Below, piece by piece: positions 56,651-64,000 of a stretch of DNA of 64,000 bases; the first letter of the stretch is position 1, and the number at the start of each line of letters is the position of its first letter. The notes beneath the pieces were generated by a model. That model saw only the letters and a list, made by a program, of their open reading frames with translations. It was not told the DNA's origin and searched no databases. The stretch comes from an uncultured Actinomycetes bacterium (lineage in GTDB: Bacteria; Actinomycetota; UBA4738; HRBIN12). The translations under genes were made by a program, and so were the position numbers. The stretch is from contig CAVPIB010000004.1 of the NCBI GenBank assembly GCA_963704885.1, forward strand, positions 928,001 through 992,000, in the 5' to 3' direction.

Positions 56651-58591
56651 TCATCGCGAAGCCCGACGGATCTTGTCTAACGCGCGCGGGTTCTCGACGC
56701 TCGACAGGTCGCCTGGCTCCTCGCCGATCGCGGCCGCGCGGATCGCCCGACGGACGATCTTCGCGGAGCGGGTCCTGGGGAGCTCGTCGACGAAGAGGAC
56801 CTTCGATGGCGCGAAAGCCTTACCCAGCTTGTCGGCAACGACCCCGCGAAGCTCGGCAGCGAGCGCCTCGGTCCGGTCCTCGCCGGACTTCACCACCACG
56901 AAGCACCAGATGACCTCGCCCTTCACGTCGTGAGGGATGCCGACGGCGGCCGACTCGACCACGGCGGCGTGCGACGAGAGGGCGCTCTCGACCTCCGCCG
57001 GGCCCAGGCGTTTGCCGGCGACGTTCAGCGTGTCGTCGGAACGACCGTGCAGGAACCAGAACCCGTCCTCGTCGATGCTGGCCCAGTCGCCGTGAACCCA
57101 GACGCCGGGGAACCGGCGCCAGTACGTGTCCAGATAGCGCTCGTCGTCACCCCAGATGCCCCGGGTCATGGCCGGCCACGGCTGCTTGCACACCAGCTCT
57201 CCGAGCTGGCCCGCGGGCATCGGCGTTCCATCGGGTCCCCAGACGTCCACGTCCATCCCGAGCGCCGGTCCGCGGAGCGTGCATGACTTGAGCTCTGTGA
57301 TCGGGAGCGGCGAGAGGAAGCACGCGCCGACCTCGGTGCCGCCGGACAGGTTGATGATCGGGAGTCGTCCCCCACCGACCTCCTCGAACAGCCAGCGGTA
57401 CGGCTCGGGGTTCCACGCTTCGCCGGTGGAGGCCAGGATGCGGAGTGAAGAGACATCGTGCGCTCGAACGTGCTCGGCGCCCGATGGGATCAGCGCGCGG
57501 ATCAACGTGGGCGAAACCCCGAGCACGGTCACGCCGTGCCGCTCGACCGTGGCCCACAGCCGATCTGGACCGGGGAAGTTCGGCGCGCCCTCGGTCAGGA
57601 GCACGGTCGAGCCCAGCGCCAGCGCGCCCACGATCTCCCACGGACCCAGGATCCAGCCCAGGTCGGTTACCCAGTGCAGGACGTCGCCGGGGCGCACGTC
57701 CACCTGGTAGGCAACCTCCTCCGCGATCTTCACCAGGAAGCCAGCGTGGACATGCAGCGCTCCCTTGGGCTTGCCGGTGGTTCCGCTGGTGTAGCCGATG
57801 AACAACGGGTGTTCGCTCGCGAGCGGCTCGGTGTCGAAGCGACCCGGCTGCGCGGAAAGCAGCTTCTCCCAGCGGACGTCGAGTGCCTTGTTCCACGGCG
57901 CGCCTGCATCATCTAGTCTGTTCCAGACTAGTACGTGACGAACACAGCCCGCCTGGTCGACCGCCCGATCGGCGATCTCCTTCATGGGCACAGCGCGGCC
58001 GTGGCGGAGCGAGCCGTCGGCCGTGATCAGGACCTGCGCGTTGGCGTCGGACAGGCGCGCGGCGACCGCCTCGTGGCCGAAGCCGCTGAAGATCGGGACC
58101 CAGATCGCGCCGATCTTCGAGCACGCCATGACCGCGGCCACCGTCTCGATCGCCATGGGCATGAAGATGCCGACCGTGTCGCGCTGCTCCACCCCGAGGG
58201 AGCGCAGGCCGTGCGCCAGGCGATCGGTCAGCTCTCGGAGCTCGCGGTAGGTGACGCGGCGGACCTCGCCGTCCTCGCCCTCCCAGATGACCGCCACCGA
58301 CTCGGGCGTCCTATCGGCCCAGACGTCTACGCACTGGTGGGCCAGGTTCGTCTGGCCACCGAGGAACCAGGTGGCCCACTCGGCACCGCGAGACGTATCC
58401 AGGACTCGGTCGTAAGGCGTGAGGAACGAGATCCCCAGGTCGTGCACCACGGCGTCCCAGAACCACGCGATGTCGCCCACGGAGCGGGCTACCAGCTCGT
58501 CGTAGGTCTCGATCCCGTGGGCGCGCATGAAACGGGTGATGTTGGCCCGCTCGATGACCTCGGGCGGCGGCGCCCACACCACGTCGTCCAC
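56651..58591 (-). CDS. Acetate/acyl-CoA ligase (AMP-forming)
   Basis: YTSGTTGKPKG, SGGTE, HGDW, GRSDD, PRTRSAKI. Confidence 0.9.
   Translation of the reverse strand: MDDVVWAPPPEVIERANITRFMRAHGIETYDELVARSVGDIAWFWDAVVHDLGISFLTPYDRVLDTSRGAEWATWFLGGQTNLAHQCVDVWADRTPESVAVIWEGEDGEVRRVTYRELRELTDRLAHGLRSLGVEQRDTVGIFMPMAIETVAAVMACSKIGAIWVPIFSGFGHEAVAARLSDANAQVLITADGSLRHGRAVPMKEIADRAVDQAGCVRHVLVWNRLDDAGAPWNKALDVRWEKLLSAQPGRFDTEPLASEHPLFIGYTSGTTGKPKGALHVHAGFLVKIAEEVAYQVDVRPGDVLHWVTDLGWILGPWEIVGALALGSTVLLTEGAPNFPGPDRLWATVERHGVTVLGVSPTLIRALIPSGAEHVRAHDVSSLRILASTGEAWNPEPYRWLFEEVGGGRLPIINLSGGTEVGACFLSPLPITELKSCTLRGPALGMDVDVWGPDGTPMPAGQLGELVCKQPWPAMTRGIWGDDERYLDTYWRRFPGVWVHGDWASIDEDGFWFLHGRSDDTLNVAGKRLGPAEVESALSSHAAVVESAAVGIPHDVKGEVIWCFVVVKSGEDRTEALAAELRGVVADKLGKAFAPSKVLFVDELPRTRSAKIVRRAIRAAAIGEEPGDLSSVENPRALDKIRRASR
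57913..57931. repeat. Palindrome CTAGTCTG-TTC-CAGACTAG (copy 2), intragenic
   Basis: Arms identical to those at 11597-11615. Confidence 0.85.
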
Positions 58592-58614
58592 GCGGACACG
58601 GTATAACCGTGGGG

Positions 58615-59682
58615 ATGGAGTCGCGAGTCGGAGTGGTCGGGGTCGGCTGGTCCGGCTTCTCGCCCACCACGCCCGGCGCCTCCTACAAGGAGCTGATGTT
58701 CGAGGCCGCGCGCTCCGCCTACGCGGACGCCGGTGTCGATCCACGCAAGGATGTGGACTCGTTCGTGTGTGCCTCCGAGGACTTCGAGGAGGGCACGAGC
58801 ATCTTCGACGAGTACGTGCCCGATCAGCTGGGCGCGGTGCAGCGGCCGGTGCAGACCGTGGCCTCGGACGGGCTGTTCGCGATCGCGACGGCCGTGATGC
58901 TGATCCGGTCGGGCATCGCCAAGACGGTTGCCGTCGAGGCGCATTCGAAGGCCTCGGACGTGGTCTCGCACGGCAGGATCGAGCGCTTCGCGCTCGATCC
59001 GGTGTTGAACCGCCCGCTGGGCGTCTCGGCGCTCGCGGTCGCGGGGTTGGAGATGCGGCGCTACCTGCACGAGAGCGGTCGGACCGTGGAGGAGTGCGCG
59101 GAGGTCGCGGAGCGCAACCGCGAGCACGCGCGGTCGAACCCGCGCGCGTCGTACGTGGATTCCCCGCACGCGACCATGCTCTTCGATCCGCTCACGGCGG
59201 ACCAGTCCGCGCGAAGCGCGGACGGGTGCGTGGTGGTGGTGCTGGCAGGTGACGCTCGCGGCGAAGCCGCGAGTGTCCACGTGGACGGCGTGGGCTGGAG
59301 CCAGGACGCGCCCAGCCTAGAGTCCCGCTCGTGGGGCGAGGCCGTGGCGGCCAAGCGCGCGGGCGAGATGGCGTTCGCCCAAGCTGGGATCGGCCCGCTC
59401 GACGCCGACTTCGCCGAGGTCGACGACACGTTCGCGTACAAGCAGCTGCAGCACCTGGACGCGCTGGGCCTGGCCGGGCTGAACTCCGAGCGCATGAACC
59501 GTTCCGGTGGCGCGCTGGGCGAGGGCTACCTGCACGAGGCGAACGGCTTGGCGCGGTTCCTGAGCTGCGTGGAACAACTCCGCGCCGGCGAGGGGCGCGT
59601 GGGCGTGGTGCAGTCGTGGCGAGGCGTGCCGAGCAGCTCGGCCGCGGTCGCCGTGCTGACGGGCGCCGGGGCAAGCCGATGA
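58615..59682 (+). CDS. Thiolase-fold protein (SCP-x/Ltp-like) lacking the catalytic Cys
   Basis: VGVVGVG, ADGCVVVVL, AEVDDTF, NRSGG. Confidence 0.8.
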   Translation: MESRVGVVGVGWSGFSPTTPGASYKELMFEAARSAYADAGVDPRKDVDSFVCASEDFEEGTSIFDEYVPDQLGAVQRPVQTVASDGLFAIATAVMLIRSGIAKTVAVEAHSKASDVVSHGRIERFALDPVLNRPLGVSALAVAGLEMRRYLHESGRTVEECAEVAERNREHARSNPRASYVDSPHATMLFDPLTADQSARSADGCVVVVLAGDARGEAASVHVDGVGWSQDAPSLESRSWGEAVAAKRAGEMAFAQAGIGPLDADFAEVDDTFAYKQLQHLDALGLAGLNSERMNRSGGALGEGYLHEANGLARFLSCVEQLRAGEGRVGVVQSWRGVPSSSAAVAVLTGAGASR

Positions 59683-60035
59683 TCGGCCCTGCGGACCTGG
59701 TCTACCTGTTCGTCACCGACATGGATCGCACGGTGGCGTTCTATCGAGACACCCTGGGATTGTCGCTGGACTACCGGTCGGGCGACGAGTGGGCGCAGTT
59801 CTCGGCGGGACCCGTCAAGCTGGCGCTCCACGGCACCGGATCGGTCGCCGCGCGCCCCGGGGGGACGATCGCATTCACCGTGACGGACCTGGACGCGTCG
59901 AAGGTCAAGCTCACGGAGCGCGGAGTCGCGATCGGACACGAGGGCGGCGGCGAAGGACGAGGCCCGCGGTTCGTGGAGTTCGCGGACCCCGACGGCAACG
60001 TGCTCGCGCTGTTCGAGTACGAGGAGCGCGCGTGA
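59679..60035 (+). CDS. VOC/glyoxalase family protein
   Basis: VTDMDRTVAFYRDTLG, FADPDGN; ATGA overlap. Confidence 0.88.
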   Translation: MIGPADLVYLFVTDMDRTVAFYRDTLGLSLDYRSGDEWAQFSAGPVKLALHGTGSVAARPGGTIAFTVTDLDASKVKLTERGVAIGHEGGGEGRGPRFVEFADPDGNVLALFEYEERA

Positions 60036-61726
60036 CCGGCCGTCGCGTCGCGGTGATCGGCGCCGGCATGACCAAGTTCGTTCGCCGTGCGCAGGAAACG
60101 GGCAAGGAGCTCTCGTGGCAGGCGGCGAGCGCTGCGCTTAGGTCGTGCGAGCTCTCGCTCGCCGATGTGGACATCGTATGCAGCGGAACGGCTCCCGACG
60201 CGTTCGACGGCGTGCATCGCAAGGGCGACTACCTGGCCGACGGGTGCGGCGCCGTGGGCAAGCCGTACATCCGCACCTACGTGGGCGGCGGCACCGGAGT
60301 GTTCGCGCCCATCCAGGGCTGGTACACGATCGCGTCCGGCATGGCCGACGTGGCCCTCGTGGTCTGCGAGGAGAAGATGTCGTCATGTCAGCCGCATCCG
60401 CAGGGCGCGTTCCTGACGATCTTCGACAACATCATCGAACGTCCGCTGGAACCGAACCTGCTCTGGATCTTCGCGCTCGAGATGAACCGCTACATGAACG
60501 CGTACGGGTTGGACAAGCGCGACATCGCCGAGGTCGCGGTGAAGAACAAGCGGAACGCGGTCGGCCATCCCGCGGCGCTGCTCGGACAGGCCGACATCAC
60601 CGTGGAGGACGTGTTGGCCTCCGAGGTGCTCGCGTGGCCGGTGCAGCGGCTGGACGTCTCACCGATCAGCGACGGCGCGGTGGCGATCGTGATGGCGTCG
60701 GAAGAGGTCGCACGCCGCCTGAGCCCCGCCCCGGTGTGGGTGCAGGGCGTCGGCTGGAACCTGGACACCACCTACTGGACCAACCGCGACCTGGTCTACC
60801 CCCAATACGTAGAGAACGCGGCGCGCATGGCCTACGACATGGCCGGCATCACCGAGCCGCGCAAGCAGATCAACATCGCCGAGCCCTACGACCCGTTCGA
60901 CTACAAGGAGCTGCACCACCTGGAAGGGCTGATGCTCTTCGACAAGGGGAAGGCGCCGGAAGCCGCGCGCGACGGCGTGACCGCGCGCGACGGCGACCTC
61001 CCATGCTGCCCATCCGGCGGCCTCCTCGGCGTGGGCAACCCGATCGCCGCCGCCGGGTTGATGAAGATCGCCGAGCTCTTCTGGCAGCTGCGCGGCGAGG
61101 CCGGCGCACGCCAGGTTCCGGGGACGCCCGAGCGCGGGGTGGCGCAGGCGTGGGGCGACCTGATGCAGGTGGGCACGGTCGTGGTGATGGGCGTCGACGC
61201 GCACGGAGGCGGAACCGGCGCGGCCGCGCTCCCGGAGAGCCATCCGCTATCCGACGCCGAGTTCCACGGTGCTGTCGGATCCGTGGACGACGCGCTCGAT
61301 ATCGCCTTCGAGTGGGACGCGGGCGAGGCGATGGGCGCGTTCCTGGAGGGGCTCCGCGACGGACGCATCGTGGCCACGTCCTGCGCCTCGTGCGAACGAA
61401 CGCTGGTGCCACCCCGCAAGTTCTGCGAACGCTGCTTCCGACCCGCGGACCGCTGGACCGAGGTCGAGGCGATCGGCGTCGTCGAGACGTTCTCGATCTG
61501 CCACGTGTCGTGGGACATGCGGGACCTGGATCCACCGGAGATCCCGGCCGTGATCAGGCTGAACGGGGCAAGCGACGGCGGGTTCCTGCACAAGCTGGGA
61601 GACGTGGCGCCCGACGACGTGCGGATCGGCATGCCGGTCGAGGCCGTGTGGCGCCCGCTCGCAAAACGCACCGGCTCGATCCTCGACATCGCGCACTTTC
61701 GTCCCGTCACGGAAGGAGGCGCCTGA
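60032..61726 (+). CDS. Thiolase-fold protein fused to DUF35 (Zn-ribbon + OB-fold)
   Basis: VAVIGAGMTKF, SPISDGA, EPYDPF, PSGGLL, then CASC...PPRKFCERC and VRIGMPVEAVW. Confidence 0.85.
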   Translation: MTGRRVAVIGAGMTKFVRRAQETGKELSWQAASAALRSCELSLADVDIVCSGTAPDAFDGVHRKGDYLADGCGAVGKPYIRTYVGGGTGVFAPIQGWYTIASGMADVALVVCEEKMSSCQPHPQGAFLTIFDNIIERPLEPNLLWIFALEMNRYMNAYGLDKRDIAEVAVKNKRNAVGHPAALLGQADITVEDVLASEVLAWPVQRLDVSPISDGAVAIVMASEEVARRLSPAPVWVQGVGWNLDTTYWTNRDLVYPQYVENAARMAYDMAGITEPRKQINIAEPYDPFDYKELHHLEGLMLFDKGKAPEAARDGVTARDGDLPCCPSGGLLGVGNPIAAAGLMKIAELFWQLRGEAGARQVPGTPERGVAQAWGDLMQVGTVVVMGVDAHGGGTGAAALPESHPLSDAEFHGAVGSVDDALDIAFEWDAGEAMGAFLEGLRDGRIVATSCASCERTLVPPRKFCERCFRPADRWTEVEAIGVVETFSICHVSWDMRDLDPPEIPAVIRLNGASDGGFLHKLGDVAPDDVRIGMPVEAVWRPLAKRTGSILDIAHFRPVTEGGA

Positions 61727-62256
61727 TGGCGCGCACCGTCCACGGCGAGCTCCCGGTGGCGTTCCACTACACGCCAGGGTTGGGCAACACCGCCTTCTTC
61801 GAGGCACTCCGCGACCGGGGCGTGTTGCTCGGGTCAAGGTGCGAAGTGTGCGACTACACCTACCTCCCGGCGCGTGTCTTCTGCGAGCGCTGCTTCGCCG
61901 AGCTTCAGCCCGACACCGAGTGCGGCCCCGAGGGCACCCTCGAGTCCTTTACGGTCGGTCACGTCGACATCGACGGCGAGCCCTTGGAACAACCGGTCGT
62001 ACTCGGACTGATCAAGCTCGACGGCGCCGACACGGTGCTGATGCATCGCCTGGTCGGCCATGGCTCGTGGACGATAGGACAGCGCGTGGCGGCCGTATGG
62101 AAGTCAGATCGCAGCGGGTCCGTCCTCGACCTCGAGGGTTTCGCCGCCTCAGCTAGGCGAATCGCCCCGAGGGCGCCGTCAACTCTCGGGATCGATCGAC
62201 GCTTGGCGCCCAACGAATGCCCGGCCCCGGAATCTGGTCCGCTCCTTGTGTGGTGA
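61726..62256 (+). CDS. DUF35 Zn-ribbon/OB-fold protein
   Basis: CEVC...PARVFCERC, IKLDGAD, IGQRVAAVW. Confidence 0.85.
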   Translation: MARTVHGELPVAFHYTPGLGNTAFFEALRDRGVLLGSRCEVCDYTYLPARVFCERCFAELQPDTECGPEGTLESFTVGHVDIDGEPLEQPVVLGLIKLDGADTVLMHRLVGHGSWTIGQRVAAVWKSDRSGSVLDLEGFAASARRIAPRAPSTLGIDRRLAPNECPAPESGPLLVW

Positions 62257-62282
62257 GCAGCCGCGTGTGGGTGAGCAGCCGC
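62248..62282. repeat. Short tandem repeat (17/18 bp)
   Basis: GTGTGGTGAGCAGCCGC followed by GTGTGGGTGAGCAGCCGC. Confidence 0.7.
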
Positions 62283-62429
62283 TGACGACCTCCTCGATGG
62301 TCCCGGGTGAGTCTCCGTACGGCCGGCGAGCCGGTGATCGACTTGAATGGCAGAGAGGGAGGTGACTCTCATGCGCTGCCCTCCATACACTCACGAGCGC
62401 CCGGTCCGTCGAGGTGACAGTTAACGCCG

Positions 62430-62783
62430 TTACCCAATCACCCTAAGCTGCTCGCGACAGCTCGGACCGACCATTTCACGAAGGACCGAGCCCGGCTCTG
62501 GTGCCCGCGATATGAGCTCAAGGAAGGAAACCGAAATGAGCTCGACGACTTCGGCGTCACCTTCTGACATGCCCCGTTCAACGAAGGCAAGAAGTTCGAT
62601 GAGGCGCGTGGGCTGCCCTTCAGCCGAGCGCGAAAGCTCTGCCTCAGCCCACCGCTCGACATCGGCCAGAAGCACGTGGGGAAGGAGGCCGTCATAGAGA
62701 TCCAGATGCTCCTGCAACAACTCACCCAGCCAAGGATGCAGATAGGTCATCGCACCAATGAAGGAGAACTCGCTCGCCCTCAT
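62430..62783 (-). CDS. Putative immunity protein
   Basis: Small acidic ORF overlapping the RHS stop codon; lower GC; LISVSFLE motif. Confidence 0.65.
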   Translation of the reverse strand: MRASEFSFIGAMTYLHPWLGELLQEHLDLYDGLLPHVLLADVERWAEAELSRSAEGQPTRLIELLAFVERGMSEGDAEVVELISVSFLELISRAPEPGSVLREMVGPSCREQLRVIG

Positions 62784-64000
62784 AGTGTTAGTCCAAGAGC
62801 GTTCTGGAGGTCGTCGAGCAGTGACTGGGCGACGAGGCGATCGGCTTCGCTGAGATTGGTTTTCAAGATCGATCTGAGGGCGTTTGAGTACTGCAACGCC
62901 TTCATCGTGTGGAAGAGCCCGCCGGTGGGCTGTCCCGTGAGGATCTCGTTGCGTACGGCATCAGCCGTCGTTCCGGTGCCGACACGACCGGGGTTGGTCG
63001 TACCCCTGTAGAGGTCGTCAACCACGTTCTGGAGCCTCGGGTCAGTTACTACTGGCTTGGGCAGGATGTCATCTACAGCCGCGGTCTTCGCGGCACCGAT
63101 CCCACTCAGTTTCCCGAGCCCGACTGCGGTTACAACAAGGCTGGCGCTGCCGAGGGCACAACGCCAGATCCACGAGCCGAAGCTCGCGGTTCCATCGGAT
63201 CCGAAGCAGCCTTGAAGGTACCCGTAGGCAGGGTTCAGGTGCTCGTTGTACCAATCCAACAGCCCGCCCCACGAGAACGACATCCCGCTCGGGTCGCTCA
63301 TCACGGTCGGCCGTCCCCCGGCGAACGCGTAGGACGGGGTCTGGGAGGCAGGATCGTTCTCGAAGAAGCCCCCGGTCCCCGGGTCATACATGCGAGCTCT
63401 CAGGTTGTAGAAGCCGGTGGGGTCGCGGTACTCCCCGTCGAAGCCGCGGAAGTTCGCCGGTGGGGATCCGGTCTGGGTGGCGGTGCGGAAAGCTCCGTAG
63501 GGCTCGTAGGTGTATGTCCGTTGGGTCGCGCCAGCGGCGCTCGTGAGGTTCGCGACCGAGCCCATACCGTCTGACAGGAAGTAGCCGAACGCGGTGGGCG
63601 TGCCTTGGGAGATCAGGCCGTTGCCGTAGATGTAGCGGCGCAGCGTCGCCGTGGTGGACTCCACCGCGAGTTGGGGAACCGGGGCGTTCACGTCCCAGGC
63701 GTAGTTCGTGGTCGCGGCGGTTCCGACCTTGGAGGTGAGGCGGTTGCCGTCACCGTCGTAGGTGAACGTGGTGGCGACACCGCCCGAGGTGGTGGAGCGC
63801 ATCCGGTTGGTGAGGTCATGGGTGAACGTGCGTGTGCCCATCGCGGAGATGTTGCCGTCGGTGCCGTAGGTGAAGATCGTGGCGCCCCCGGGTGGGGTCC
63901 CGCAGCCGGAACCGCCCGTCGTTGATGACCAGCAGAGCTGGTTCACTGTGTTGTAGGCGTAGGTCGTTGTTGACGGGGTCGTCCCGAAGGCCTGCTTGGA
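62780..64000 (-). CDS. RHS repeat protein, C-terminal part with toxin domain (5' end outside window)
   Basis: YD-like repeats, YNLRARMYDPGTGGF, core end SDPSG, followed by a variable C-terminal domain. Confidence 0.9.
   Translation of the reverse strand, partial: SKQAFGTTPSTTTYAYNTVNQLCWSSTTGGSGCGTPPGGATIFTYGTDGNISAMGTRTFTHDLTNRMRSTTSGGVATTFTYDGDGNRLTSKVGTAATTNYAWDVNAPVPQLAVESTTATLRRYIYGNGLISQGTPTAFGYFLSDGMGSVANLTSAAGATQRTYTYEPYGAFRTATQTGSPPANFRGFDGEYRDPTGFYNLRARMYDPGTGGFFENDPASQTPSYAFAGGRPTVMSDPSGMSFSWGGLLDWYNEHLNPAYGYLQGCFGSDGTASFGSWIWRCALGSASLVVTAVGLGKLSGIGAAKTAAVDDILPKPVVTDPRLQNVVDDLYRGTTNPGRVGTGTTADAVRNEILTGQPTGGLFHTMKALQYSNALRSILKTNLSEADRLVAQSLLDDLQNALGLTL

Noticed and set aside
62248-62282. 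CRISPR-like array
   Set aside because: Only two adjacent copies, no spacer and no cas genes

Overview
GC-rich bacterial DNA, most likely from an Actinomycetota genome: many genes have leaderless-type TANNNT-N6/7-start arrangements, and there is an ECF42/DGPF pair, a SARP-STAND regulator and an actinobacterial holin-like gene. The main contents are: (i) a clade II-type nitrous oxide reductase cluster (nosZ with a twin-arginine-like leader, a blue-copper lipoprotein, nosB-D-F-Y and an Rrf2 regulator) sitting between glcDE and glcF; (ii) an orphan NrfC/NrfD-like quinol-oxidising module with a second blue-copper lipoprotein, downstream of a NarX/NarL-type two-component system; (iii) a form I aerobic CO dehydrogenase (coxMSL, AYRCSFR motif) with maturation genes, next to a second, frameshift-riddled AYRGAGR-type molybdo-hydroxylase; (iv) a SARP-pseudokinase-nSTAND1-WD40 signalling cassette, tryptophanase, a variant FolD, a thiolase-like/DUF35 operon lacking the catalytic Cys, and the 3' end of an RHS toxin with a putative immunity gene. 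The best candidate for an undescribed system is a cytochrome-c-free, cupredoxin-wired N2O respiration chain that could be fuelled by CO. An identical CTAGTCTG-N3-CAGACTAG palindrome also occurs twice, 46 kb apart, in coding sequence and at the cost of rare codons. I saw no rRNA, tRNA, CRISPR array, integrase or transposase. All calls come from reading motifs by eye; no database search was run.
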